Shown here piece after piece: positions 12,543 through 25,001 of a stretch of DNA of 64,000 bases. Under the pieces are notes generated by a model. It worked only from the letters and a program-made list of their open reading frames with translations. It had not been told where the DNA came from and did no database searches. A program made the position numbers and the translations under genes. The stretch comes from Botryllus schlosseri (taxonomy: Eukaryota), in assembly GCA_051294905.1 (NCBI GenBank), contig CM119371.1, forward strand, positions 9,674,001-9,738,000, given 5' to 3'. Position 1 is the stretch's first letter, and each line of letters opens with the position of its first letter.

Positions 12543-14608
12543 CAGGGTTGTAATGACTCGAATCGTGCCTGTACGATTTTTTGTGTGACTCGATTTGACT
12601 CGAGTCATTTTCTTGCAATGGGAAATTGACTCGACTCGAGTCAATATTTGGATTGACTCGACTTGTACTCGAGTCATTACGCATGACTCGACTCAAGTCA
12701 TTGACTCGGCTCATTTTATATGACTTGAAGGTGAAGAAATTTGCGAATCACGATGGTTGGATCAACAAATGTGACGAATTCTTACGACATCGCTATTTGT
12801 CACCACTGCTTTCGTTGCACTCGTCTGATATCAGATATGCCGCCGTGAAAACAATAGACAATGGTACATAGTAGTAATGCATTGTACAAAATCATCCAGT
12901 GAGGAAGAGGTAATAGATCCTCCGCCATCGAAGTACTCAAGAATTTTCTATTATACAAGCAAACAATCGAAGCAAAGTTCAATTAGAGCCAATGAAATGA
13001 CTCAGATGGTCAAGTAGCCTACTTGGAAGAGACTGATAAGCTCATGTGTAGATTTGAAGGCAATGATTCTCTGCATTTTTGGGCGACTAGAATGCATGAG
13101 TATCTGATGCTCTTCAGTGTGGTTCAAAATTGCTTTTCAATTCCTGCATCTAATGCACCAGTGGAACTTGTATCCAGTGGATGTGGATTATTCTAAGGCC
13201 ATGCCGCTTAAACATAAAAAAAACGTAATATAAAACTTCCATTTGACGTTTTGTTAGGTATGTGCATTGTGCACGTGAGTAATGTTGAATGGCTAATGTT
13301 GTGTGATGTTTGTACAATGGGACTGATCGAAAATAACTTCTTTTTTATTCTACTGGGTGGCAACTTGATAAAATTGTTACGTTGCATAAGAAGAACATTG
13401 GATCTGGCTTAATTTTAAAAAGTAGAATCAATGATGAGAAGAGAAAATTTTGGATTTGAAAATGAAAGGAGTATTTTTAGTGAGAAATGATTTCATATAA
13501 TATAATTACGTACTAGTAGGGAGTCGACTATTTTATCATATCCGAAATATTCCACTCTAATAACTTCGCTTCTTCTAGTTGTAATTGAGCCAAATTTGCT
13601 GTGAATCATATTTTTACACAATCTAACAATATCATGAGGTAGCCTGTAAAATTCGGAAGTCTCTATTTGTAATTAATTCAAAATATTTTCTCTTAGCATT
13701 GCTCTCTTCTGGTTGGAATTGAGCCAAATTTAAGTTCTTTTCGTTAATCTAACAATTTTAAAAAGTACCCTCCTTTTCGAGATTTTGTCCTCATTTTTGA
13801 GAATTTTTGGTATATGTAGGGCAAATTCGACTAAGATAACAGTAAATCAGCACTAAAGTAACGCTCTGGCGACTATTTCGGGAGCTTAGTAGGAAAGTTG
13901 ACCGTTTTCTGGTCAACCACCTGATAATGTGAAAGCAAATCTGTACCTCTACATAAACGTTTATCTGTTGATGCTCTACCAGCTTGTATCTAGACGTGAA
14001 TTCGTTGGTTCTCTATCAGATAGTATGTAGACGTGAATTCGTTGGTTCTCAATCAGATAGTATGTAGACGTGAATTCGTTGATTCTCTATCAGATAGTAT
14101 GTATACGTGAATTCATTAATTCTCTATAAGCTATTTGTGAGCGGTCGTCGATGTGCTCGTAATAAAAACTGAATGATTGTATTTGTGAAATATCAGACTG
14201 CCAAGACAGATATTTGATTTAAAGTTATAAGATTAGTAAAGTTTTCATATTGGCGGCCTGTCTCGTCTATCTGTAGCATCGGTAAATGACGCCAGGAACT
14301 ATCCGTAATCTGCCTAAATAAACATGTGCCAGGACTATGATAGGGACAAAATAAGCATGTTTGGCAAGCAGGTAATTCGATATCACCCAAGGAGGATTGG
14401 AAACATACGTTGAACATGACTTCAATACTGTTACTTGGACTCGGACTCGAGTCATAACACTATGACTCGGACTTGACCCTTAAAACGGTGACTTGGACTC
14501 GGACTCAACTCGGTGATGAATTGAAAATGACTCGACTCGACTCCAGTCAAAACCACAAAAGTAAGATTGACTCGTGACTCGGAACAATGTGACTTGGTTA
14601 CAACCCTG
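12543..14608 (+). mobile_element. hAT element with GACTCGAGTC subterminal arrays and transposase remnant
   Basis: TIR cagggttgtaa / ttacaaccctg; perfect TSD gtcaaatg; about 13066-13190 reads DSLHFWATRMHEYLMLFSVVQNCFSIPASNAPVELVSSG (decayed hAT dimerisation domain). Confidence 0.92.
13986..14128. repeat. 37-bp minisatellite, about 4 copies
   Basis: gtatgtagacgtgaattcgttggttctctatcagata repeated head to tail. Confidence 0.92.
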
Positions 14609-15898
14609 GTCAAATGTTGATGCAGCACAAGATTCTCGTTGACGGGAATTCTTAATTTATTCGATTAGATTGAGAGAGAACATGTTTTTTTGCAATAAAC
14701 TTCATTGCTGGGCGGACTTTATCGGACGCAATCATATCGTAGATCGAATTTCAAACCATCTAAATTTGTATTCCTATTGATAAGGCTGCGGCATGCGCCC
14801 ATATTGTTCTTGCTGCAATAACAAGTGGATAATTAGAATCCACAATTTCACGATGAAATTCGACTGGCTGATCAAGACCTCAGTAGGCCCCGGGCTGATA
14901 ATAACCCTACGTGCGTAGCCCGGCAGTTTCTCATTTAAAACTAGAATTCCCGTCCTTTTGAAATGCCAATTCGTATTATCGACGATGCGCTCTGCAAATT
15001 CGCGAGAAACATTTGTATGCGAAATGGCTCATTATTGTCTAATATGCGCTATCATCGCTTATTTGATTAAGCGCGGCCGCATACAGGCATGCACGCTTTA
15101 ATCGCTCATATGTTTAGCTTTAGCGCATCCGCACGCAGGCCTGCACGCTATAATCGCAAGCATGAACAACATCTGAACTATCACCAGGCTAGGCCTTACA
15201 TCGTTACCAGCCGGAACTATTTAGTCCACACTACGGCAGGACTGCTGCATGTGATAACATCACTGGCCTAAACTATAGCGCTGCTACTGGCCTCGCTTGA
15301 TTTGCCAGATATCCCTAGTTACGCGATTGTTATATCGTACTGGCCAGCTGACAGCGTGAAATTGAATAACTTTGAATCCGCGCAATTGGCCGTGAACAAG
15401 ACTCGAACTGACATAATTCATTAGCGCGAATACTAAAACATCAGACGATGTGTGTTGAAGCTGAGTTATCTGAAGATACGAGGACAGGCCCGAATCACAA
15501 CAGCAGAATTCAATCGTATTAATTTGTGAGTAATAATAGTTCATCTTCACAGAGGTAGCGTATTAAATTGCTCGCTCGCGTGTTGGTGAAAAGTGAATAC
15601 CGTAATTTACCGAATATAATGAGCCCCCGTGTGTTACGCATCCTTAAAATGGAGTTTAAATTCTGGGAAAAAGCCTGTGCCCATCTATAGTACGCCCTGC
15701 ATTCGCAGTACATGAATAGTTGTGTTTTAGTACACGATGTTGTTCTGTTTTGCGATGTCACTGTCGAACAATCATGACATAACCATCCATGCATCGCTAA
15801 TCATAATACAATTAGCGGCATTGTCTCTAAACGAGACTAGATAGTAGCAAAAGCCTGTGAGGCCGGCGACGCGATAGTTCAGGCTAGCGACACACGAC

Positions 15899-17428
15899 CA
15901 GGCTTGGACAACTAAAATATTCTCAGCTTGTATAAATTAGAGTAGAATTAGAATTAGAGCTACACATTTTTTTCCAAATCAGATTAGAATTTGAATTAGA
16001 ATTTCTGAATTCGAATAAAGTTGAAAATTGAGCGAAATTGTGAATTAGAAATAAATACAGCGAAAAGCAAGCTCGGTTCATATCAAACCACAGTGCATTC
16101 TCATAAACATGAGTATGGATAACGTCTGTACATCAAGCTTATCTTGTTTTGTACTATACCAGAGGTCACCAACACGCGGGCCACATGGGGTCAGCGATCT
16201 GATTAGTGATTTTGGAAGAACGCGATAAACAACTTGAAATGCTGAAATTGATTTCAAGTATCAAATTATTGTAGTTGTTTCAAAATACTCCATTCGTCTG
16301 TGCCAGACACCACTGTTCCTCACTAGCTGAAATGGCTCCGGCCATGGAAACATCGTTGGAGAGTAAGCTGATATTAGCATATTTCCTTGACGTAAAATTG
16401 TCCAGACACTGTCAAGGCCGATACGCTTAGAAAACGGCCTAGGGCTTTCCCACAAAATCAATCCGTGGGATGATATGTCCACATATCTCCAATATCGATT
16501 CATTAGTCGCTGAAAATCCTGGTCAGGTATCGTGCGCAGCTTATAGTTCCAAATAAAATTAAGTTTATGATCACGATATTTCATGTTTTATATGTACTTC
16601 CCTAATAGAATATTACTTATTTTGTCGTAACCAAGTCCATCGCCCATGTTAGTGAGCACGGCGTTGTACTAACGTAAAGCTTTAAAACATGGTTACTCAA
16701 CTGTGTGTGGGCTATTTTTTCTCGATATTGCATTATTGCATGACTCTCTTGCATGGCTGCAGGAAAAGCGAACATTGCAGTCATGCCTACGAGTTCTCGA
16801 GCAGCAGCAGCCTTAAGATGAGTAAAACGATTTTCTCCACTCAAAACATCGCAGTCCACGATCCCCTGCTCTGCTTCAAAATCTCTTTCCACTTCACTCT
16901 CTAATATGTTTTCTTTGGTTAGATCTGAAGCAATCATCCTCTTTTTACTTGATGTAGTTATGGGTATGAGTATAAAGAAGCCTGTGTTAACTATCTATTT
17001 TACTTCGCTGCTGTACTGTTTGTGATCGAAACTAGAATGTCGTTCGGAGACTACAAGCTACTATGCCAGCATGGCTATTGTTCGTCACGATAAATACTTT
17101 ATTATGGTACGGTGTATCTAAGTAATGCGATGGCGCCTTGGCACTGGATTGCCCTGTGCGGGAGTGATATTTCTGTTAACTCGCTCCAAAATGCCGCGGA
17201 CAAAGAGGCATTTTCAGGAAACAATAAATTAGATTAGAACTAAAATTAGAGCATGGAAACATTTGACAAATTAGATTATAATTGGAATTAGAGCATAGAC
17301 ACATTTCGCAAATTGGATTAGAATTAGAACATAGAAAATTTCATAAATCAGATTTGAATTATATTACTGGCATTTCGCTCTAATTTAGTCAAATGAGTCA
17401 ACTAGAATGATCTAGTTGTCCAAGTCTG
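15899..17428. mobile_element. hAT element with TTAGA(A) subterminal repeats
   Basis: TIR caggcttggacaacta / tagttgtccaagtctg; perfect TSD cacacgac; weak dimerisation-domain remnant (RKY..IS...SMAGAIS) on the minus strand near 16300-16420. Confidence 0.9.
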
Positions 17429-18630
17429 CACACGACTTCTTGCGCACGAGGCCTATTACAATTACAGATGCGATTGCTCAGGCCAACGGTTATGTAGGGC
17501 GCACCAGTCCTGTTGGAGATGCGACTGAATACGCGAGCGATTTATCTTGCGCACATGGCCTCTTGTGTATGCGATTGTTAAGGCCTGCCGTTGACGCGAT
17601 GAATCAGCAAGGATTGCCGCGCACGCTTGTAGCAATCAGCCACCTAATTTTGCTCGCGTACAAACGACAAACCAAGTTAGCAAGAGATCGCGTGCTGTGC
17701 CGACTCTCGTTAGCTGGCAACACGCTCCTTTATTTGGCAGCGTGTTACACTCCGTAATATGAATTACGGGGCACGATGGCTAGAGGTGATGCGCGATTGG
17801 AAACGAACATGAAGAAAGGTGTGATTTCAAGTTTTTTAGGGAGGGGAATTTTCTTCAAGGCTTGCTGTACCCATGTACAACACGCACCCCCTTCTTTGGG
17901 GCAAAACATCGGTTAAATTTTGCGCATTATACATGGAAAATTACGGTAGTTGATATTGAAGCAAAATCGAGGAATCGCGGATTAACTGCTGGACTCAATG
18001 GCTATCTTACGCGCACTTATACGCGTGAATTAGTCAACATAATGGAGCTTGTCCTATCCATGCATTACGGGCATTCACGCATGTACTTAATCATAATAAA
18101 TTGATTCCAACTTTGTAAATTTGAAACAATCTCAGACCCCTCCCTTTTTATTCAAACCCTCCCCTTTTTCATCTCGCCACCCCATGTAAAAATCGGCGCC
18201 TATGTGTGATGAGATATATTTTTGTTTTCACGACAATGGAGAAATTTGGTGTTCTACGAAGGCTTGCAGACTTGCGTAAGTTCTCCTCAGGTTAGTCAAG
18301 AAAAAAAACGCTGATTTAGAGAAATCCCGCGATTTTAATAGGGTAGAACGCGAGATGTGGGATAAAAATTTGCTATAGAAGTCCAAGGATTCGGCGATCG
18401 GGATTACTCGGGGAAAACGAGAAGAATAGTATTTCTTTAATCAAAGGAATGTGGTGTATTTGTGAGTATATATTTGTTCCATTAGAATTTTTTATTGCAC
18501 GATTTGGTGATTTTAATATGGACACCCCGCCCCCCTCAATCTAGTACAGTATATCACGTTTATACAGTCGAACGAATTGGCCATGACAAATCACGCGAAC
18601 TTTGTTATAGCAACATTTGAATTTGCCTAC

Positions 18631-18773
18631 CATATTTCCATAGTATCCAAACATATTTTGGTCCCTAATCCGGTCTGTGAAATAATCGGGCATGCTATAG
18701 TTGTACCAGCCAGAAATCAAATTCTTCACAGAAAAACTCTGCGACACGGCATGTAATATTGTTGCCCTGTAAT
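18631..18773 (-). CDS. Intelectin-like gene, exon 7 (non-intelectin sequence; gene continues further downstream)
   Basis: ttttcag acceptor 136 nt after exon 6, phase 1 matches; open frame DYRATILHAVSQSFSVKNLISGWYNYSMPDYFTDRIRDQNMFGYYGNM, gtaggc donor. Confidence 0.7.
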
Positions 18774-18909
18774 CTGAAAATAGTGTCAGTATAGCACTTC
18801 GCGATGATTCGTGTATCAAACCGTATTTTATATAAACTGGTAATTTTCAATAAATGATTTCATGGCCGAAACACTCAATGTGAAATGTCAATATGGAAGT
18901 CAATCTTAC

Positions 18910-19072
18910 CGTTCCCAGCGGCAATAGGAAAGTGATCGCTGAATAATTTTTTTAGATTTCCTCCGTACTTCTGTAGAAATTGATTGGCCGACCGATATTT
19001 CAACATGGTTCCTGATTGCATTGAATCTAATTTCCCCTGACTGCGGACATGCCACACCATCACATCAGACGC
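18910..19072 (-). CDS. Intelectin-like gene, exon 6
   Basis: ASDVMVWHVRSQGKLDSMQSGTMLKYRSANQFLQKYGGNLKKLFSDHFPI matches intelectin A.D..IWHVPN........LRY.T...FL...G.NL......P; tttacag acceptor, gtaaga donor. Confidence 0.92.
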
Positions 19073-19298
19073 CTGTAAAGATAGAAATGGTAATCAGGTC
19101 AATACCACAAAATCTTGCATGGACATTGGACAATCAATCGATAGTGGTATTTTGGCTCGGCAAATGGTATGTCTGCTTCAAATACTATACCTTTCACACC
19201 TAAATTGAAATATCCTGTATTAAACACTTCAAACTCTCTTACAGGAATGACATGCAATAATGCAATATGCTTCATCGCTGAGCGTAATGTATACTTAC

Positions 19299-19390
19299 GT
19301 CTATTTTGTAATAGCCTTCATTTTTGTAGTCGTCTTGCATACAGTTACGTACATTCCCAAACGTTATTTGGTTTTCCCAGTTCGTCTTCC
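19299..19390 (-). CDS. Intelectin-like gene, exon 5
   Basis: GKTNWENQITFGNVRNCMQDDYKNEGYYKID matches intelectin G.GNWAN..TFG....ATSDDYKNPGY.DI; tcgcag acceptor in phase 1, gtaagt donor. Not in the ORF track. Confidence 0.93.
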
Positions 19391-19442
19391 CTGCGAATGA
19401 GATCATTTACTGCGAACGTAAAAGTATATAATGTATGATGAG

Positions 19443-20323
19443 TAGGGCAATTTTTTTTTGACCTAAAAAACGGAAGATTTTGACCTAAAAAATCTAAATT
19501 TTGACCTTTTTTGACCTAAAAAAACTGAAATTTGACCAAATTTTGACCTCACGTATGCAAATTAGGTGTTTTCGCATATAATGTTAAAATTGTACTACTT
19601 ATCTTCATTTCTGGTTGGAACTGTCTGTCCTTACAAAGTAGATTGGCCTGAAAAAAAACGTTTTTGGCTCAAAAACTGACAGATTTTTACATGAAAAACT
19701 AGTATTGTAACGAAATCTGGCCCTATGAAGAATTCCAGTAGTTACATTACGTATTCTGGTGGAAATAATTAAAATTTGTTGTAGTACAACGTAAGATCCT
19801 TTCCTACATTCTCGGGTAGAAAGTGTCTGTTCTTACTACGTAGCTTGCCAAGAACGGAGAAAGAACGTTCAACAGCAGCATTTGTTGGCTGACAACACTC
19901 AAGTTGTGTGCACACTGCTGGTGACAAACCGTGTTGCTTCATTCTGACAATGTTGTCTGTATCACAATTTTTCAGCTTGCGCTTCTTGATATAAGAACCA
20001 TGCAATGTCCAAGCAGTCTTGCTTCAGCTAGGATATTGCGGTACGTTTACCATAAAACCATGTCACTATTTGTTTCATTTGACCATTTATGATTCACAAT
20101 GAGCAGACGATGGTCCGTTTACAACGGTAGGCCTATAAAGTAGGCTGCAAGCTGTAAAATATCAAATGATAAGTTCACCGACAGCGCAAAATCTACGATA
20201 CAAACGAAATGCAGAGGTCAAAAAATGTTTGACTTTGTTAACAATTTTGACAAATTTTGACCTAACGCTACAATTTTGACCTAATTTTGACTTTTTTTGA
20301 CATGTCAAAAAAAAATTGCCCTA
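19443..20323 (-). mobile_element. hAT deletion derivative (TTTGAC subterminal repeats)
   Basis: TIR tagggcaattttttttt / aaaaaaaaattgcccta; perfect TSD atgatgag; remnant CQPTNAAVERSFSVLGKL (19769-20005). Confidence 0.92.
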
Positions 20324-20749
20324 ATGATGAGGTATCGGCTATATACGTTCATATTGTCATATTTATTCCACTGGAAGATTTACAACTGACTCTCTTCAGC
20401 AGTGAACGCCAGTAAATTAGGTTAACATAGTTCGAAATATAGCAAGAATTTTGTCGTTGTGGTGTAATAATGACAATTACACATAGTCGCGAATGGCAGT
20501 AAACAGCGCATGGTTACGGTTCAGCACACACAAAACCAGCTGTAAACAGCCGAATGACAAATCAACAGTAATGGAAGATTCCCAGCGGATCGTTTTTGCA
20601 GTTGATTCAAGGACCTTTATATCAGTGATTCTTAACCTGGGGGTAATTACCCCCAAAGGGGTAATTTGCCAATTTTCGGGGGGTAATTCGAAGTGACAAT
20701 TCTTATAAACTTATGACGCTGCACTTATAACGTCAATATTCATGTAGGC

Positions 20750-23119
20750 CAGGAGTCACCAACCTTTTTGCAACCGAGGGCTACTTTTGCGTAATGATTG
20801 AAACGGCGGGCTACTATTTACTCCCGCCGTTTACCCGTGTCACACTGTATTTCCGCTTTGATATCCATAGCACTGGGCAGGACTGGACATCATGTTATCT
20901 GTTTCTATAACAGTCAGTGGGAAGCCTGGCATTGTATGAAATCAACTTGTGCGCTGTACTCTATGGTATGTAACTTGACACTGCAATTCTGAGTGAGTGT
21001 TCCAGATGTGCAATTAATTAGGCGTGTTTTGTGTTTGGTTTTGATGAAGTTCATGTCCGAAAAGGCTGATTCACAACAATAAGTTGAACCATAGACGCTT
21101 GCAACCTTCGTAGCTTCTGCGCATAGACCAGGCACTGGCGTCGCAGCATGTGCTGCCGCCCCTGGCTCTCGCTTAAAATGCCGCCCCTAAGTAGACAGCA
21201 GCAAATTTCGACATATATTGATTTCCAAACAATCTTTTCAATACAAATAATTACAAATAATATGCCGCATCTCAGCCTCACCGTCTCAACGTTAATAAGG
21301 CCAAAAATAATGCAGACGAGAAATAGCGAACGAATGTATTGTGCAATTAGAAAATCAATAGCCGCCTCAAAACTTGACTTTTCGGGCTTTCACTAAAGCA
21401 AAATCAGCGATAATATCTTCAAATTGAAGTTTTTGAACGTATTAGTCTCTTTCCATAGACAGAATGGATGGAGCTGATAGCCGATCATCATTCATGGTAG
21501 AACGTAAATAAGACTTGATCAGTTTGAGCTGTGAGAAGCTCCTCTCACAGCTTGCAATTGAAACACCAATGGTCAGATAAAGTTTCAGACACGAGCATAA
21601 ATATGGTGACGAATCAAGTAGCTTTTCATTAACTAACCACTGTAAAACATCAAACGCTGTTGCACTACGAATAAACGTGGTTTCACTGCTCCATACCAGC
21701 CTCTTAAATCTGTCAATTTCCACAGCTAACTCCAAAAAGTCCACCTCGTCGTCATAGATGCTTTTAAATCCGCTGGTGAATAAATTGTGACTTTCGCTTT
21801 GCAGCAGCGCGTGGGGATTAAAAAATCCATACTTGTAAGTGGTGTAGGCTATGCCGGGAAACCTAGTTTGAGCTTCAAGGTTAGTTGTCACACTTGAATA
21901 CCCAGACAGGCTTACTGCTGAGCCAGCTAAAAGCAGCATAATTGGTCATGGTCATCCTATAGTTGGCGCAGGCCCTCCGACCGCTCAAATTTAACAAAAC
22001 TGATCTTAATCGAAAGTTATTGTTGCCCTGATTCCGGAAATACAATTTAAATGCTGGTCTGAAAATTGGTATTGCTCCGAATAATCGCTCGATACAATTG
22101 CCATTATCATGGTCAATTGGTCAGTGTGTCGCGGCGCTCCGATTGTTAGGAACAATCAGCCTTGACGGCTATTTTGGAGTGGTTCCATTGCCATGTTAAC
22201 ATATTAATTCGTGTTTTCTGAATCAGCGCGACACTATAGCTTTTGATTGAGACCATTTGATTCAGTTTTACCTCACGGGATGTCAGCTTTTGGACTACCA
22301 ATTACGCTGCTTTTAGCCGGCTGTGTACAACTGTACAGTGTACACTGTGCAGTGTGCAGCCTCATTTTGCCGCCCCCTTGGAGCCTGCCGCCCCTGGCGC
22401 GGAGCCAGAACCGCCAAGTGGCTGCTACGCCACTGCACTGCTGTACTTTTCCGTATCAACAAGCCACCAAACGTTTGCTGCAGACTGAGGTGGGGGTAAT
22501 TTTGCAGTGTTACAATTTCAATCTCCAACGGTTCAGCATCCAGAAATGACAAGATTTAATTATACCGGACAGCAGCAACGATTACATAAAGTTAGAAACA
22601 TGGTATACTAAACTGTGTTGAGTGTAACAGAAACAAGCTGTGTCAAAAGATGCAATACGTAATGGGTATACAGATATCCAAAATCTGTTGGTACTTCACG
22701 GCAATCTAACTCCGAATAGTAATATTGTTTACTACTTTGGCATTGTCCTGGACGTCGAGCTATCATAACGGAGCCCCCGCCATTTCAGGAAGACCGTGAA
22801 TGTCATTCCGTCATGTAGCCTGTATATGCAATGCGCCGTATCTTCAATTTCTGGTGATTCTATCACATACATCTATATCTTAGTAATTGTAATTGAGGAT
22901 ATTTTTAAAGTGTTTATATATGTAAGTTATCCATGTTACTGTATTTTAAACAAAAATAGCTGAATCAAGCAATCTATATATTTAAAAGCTCGGTGGTGCA
23001 AATCTGAGGAATATTGGTAAATGCTGCCATTCCACCTATTTTTAGGACGGGCTCGCGGGATACTCACCAAGTCCTCGCGGGCTACCCAGGGCCCGCGGGC
23101 ACCGGGTTGGTGACCCCTG
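20750..23119 (-). mobile_element. hAT (Charlie-type) element with transposase remnant, middle layer
   Basis: Ends caggagtcaccaacc / ggttggtgacccctg; perfect TSD atgtaggc; remnant KVASVYGSTYCCESAFSDMNFIKTKHKTRL. Confidence 0.9.
21133..22435 (-). mobile_element. hAT element with transposase C-terminal remnant, inner layer
   Basis: Ends cactggcgtcgcagc / gctgctacgccactg (no clear TSD); ORF 21442-21939 has LKLYLTIGVSIASCERSFSQLKLIKSYLRSTMNDDRL (hAT dimerisation domain, ZMYM1-like type). Confidence 0.85.
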
Positions 23120-23876
23120 ATGTAGGCTAACATATATTTTTGCGAGCTTGTAGGCTATATATTTTGTCTCACTTAACATGCCATGCCTGCTCTGATATCA
23201 TAGTAACCAGAACCAATAGTGATTATGAATAACAGAGTCGAATGTAATTTAGTATAATGCTAGGTAAGTCCAATTTAATTTGCAGTAGTGAGGATCATAT
23301 ATTGTTACATATGCTGGCAAATTGAAAGACAAGAAGGGTCGTCTAAGTTCAGCTTTACGCCTATAATGCAGTAACAATATCGTAAAAATATAGTTGTTCG
23401 TATTGAAAAGTGTAGTGGTCTAGTCCAGTCAGAAAAATTATGTCTGGCATCATCGAAATCAGGGATATCTAGATATCCCTGATCGAAATGCCTTCCAAGA
23501 AAATAGGGGAAGATGTTGGAACCTTTTAGGTTCACCTTGAAAATGAATAACCATTTTTCGTCATAAAAGCTTTGAACTTTCTGAATAGAATTTCCTTCAA
23601 TGGTATCCATTAAAACGAAATAAGTCTGTGATTGACAATTGCCTGAGATGCTATCTATTATCCTCCCCTTTTCCTAAATGTGACCACTGGATAACCCAAA
23701 AACAGCATCAGCCTTCCCAATAATTAGATATTCTTAACAGGTATTTCAGTGTACATTACGACGTCACGTTGAGTGCAAACAGTAATTTGTTATTTCTTGA
23801 AAAGGGGTGATTGCATCCTGTCATTTTCTTCTTTGGGGTAACGGTATGATAAAGGTTGAGAACCACTGCTTTATAT

Positions 23877-24270
23877 GATCAAAAGAACGACCACGAGCAA
23901 CTATGGAAAACTGATTGTTAGGCCTACTGTAATGTTTTGCACACTCTGTGTGTTTCAATAGGTACTGTCCGATGGCAGAGTTACATGCTGTTACTTGGTC
24001 ATAATCACGCATGGTAAGTAGAGACTGTGATGATGAAGCAGACGTGTCATCACCCTGCGAATTCCTAATTTGACATGGGAAGTGTTGACGAATTCTTTGT
24101 TGCAAGCGCTGAGATGTGCGACCCACATACCGACTGTCGCATCGGCGCGTATATTGGTAAATTATGTTACTCTGATGAATCGCAGGAAACACATCCTTAC
24201 GCGTTGCTGGTAGTAAAGATTTCGTATTAAATATGACACGGGTTTCCACTTGTGGAAAATAACGACTCAA
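23877..24270 (-). pseudogene. Penelope-like retroelement GIY-YIG endonuclease remnant
   Basis: KDVFP...SNIIYQY..RCDSRYVGRTSQRLQQRIRQH...SAIGQYLL...FSIVARGRSFDHI; the frame continues (KVLESTA) beyond the hAT TSD at about 20614. Confidence 0.88.
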
Positions 24271-25001
24271 AGATGGATTCCACGGCGAGGTTTCAATCCC
24301 ATTACCGGTACAGATTAGTAAAAAAACTCCAGATATTTCTCTTTCAAACTTCTGTTCACTAATTTGCTGAGACTGACGACTTCAAATCCAAGATGATTCG
24401 TAAACCTTCCGAAGTCACACTGATTGAGCATACTACTCCAACTTGTTATTTCCTCCACAAACTCCTCAAAACTCCCCTAAACGACAATATATTTGTATCA
24501 GTAGGCCATTTTGACTTGGTAATAAAATGGGTTTGCACAGTAGAATGTTTCATCTCAGACGACAATGCTGTTGATGTGAGTCTTGAAGTTTTAGCAGGGA
24601 TGAAACAAAACTGGTTCGTGATTTCCCTATCATAAAAAATACAATTATATTATCAATCTTTCTTCAAATAAGAGGCTTCGTGGGTGGACCCCCTGGAATT
24701 GGTTCTAGGACCGCTAGGGGTTCGCGGACCCTTGACTGAGAACCACTGCACTAGAGTCAGGTGCCTAATTCGACTCCTATTCCGATCACTACGAGAACGC
24801 AATCGACCAGATCCAATTGCTATCGCCATCATGTTGCTTTACGTCAAGAATGGATTGGGCGACATATTGGCTGGAATAATTTTGCAAATCTAGATCCAAC
24901 TTCGAGATGATATAATTATACATTAAACTGGTAATTTAGATGTCGGATAGAATCAGTTTCTTTTCAGACATACACTCTAAATTCCAAGCGGTAGATTAAA
25001 A

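Larger units (their letters stand above)
20623..23868. mobile_element. hAT (Charlie-type) element, outer layer of a nest
   Basis: Ends cagtgattcttaacc / ggttgagaaccactg; perfect TSD ctttatat (20615-20622, 23869-23876). Confidence 0.88.

Noticed and set aside
13986..14128. CRISPR-like 37-bp repeats
   Set aside because: Head-to-tail with no spacers, no cas genes, and a eukaryotic context.
23305..23610. 101-aa ORF as an extra intelectin exon
   Set aside because: No recognisable motif, lies inside a hAT element, and exons 4 and 5 join without a gap.
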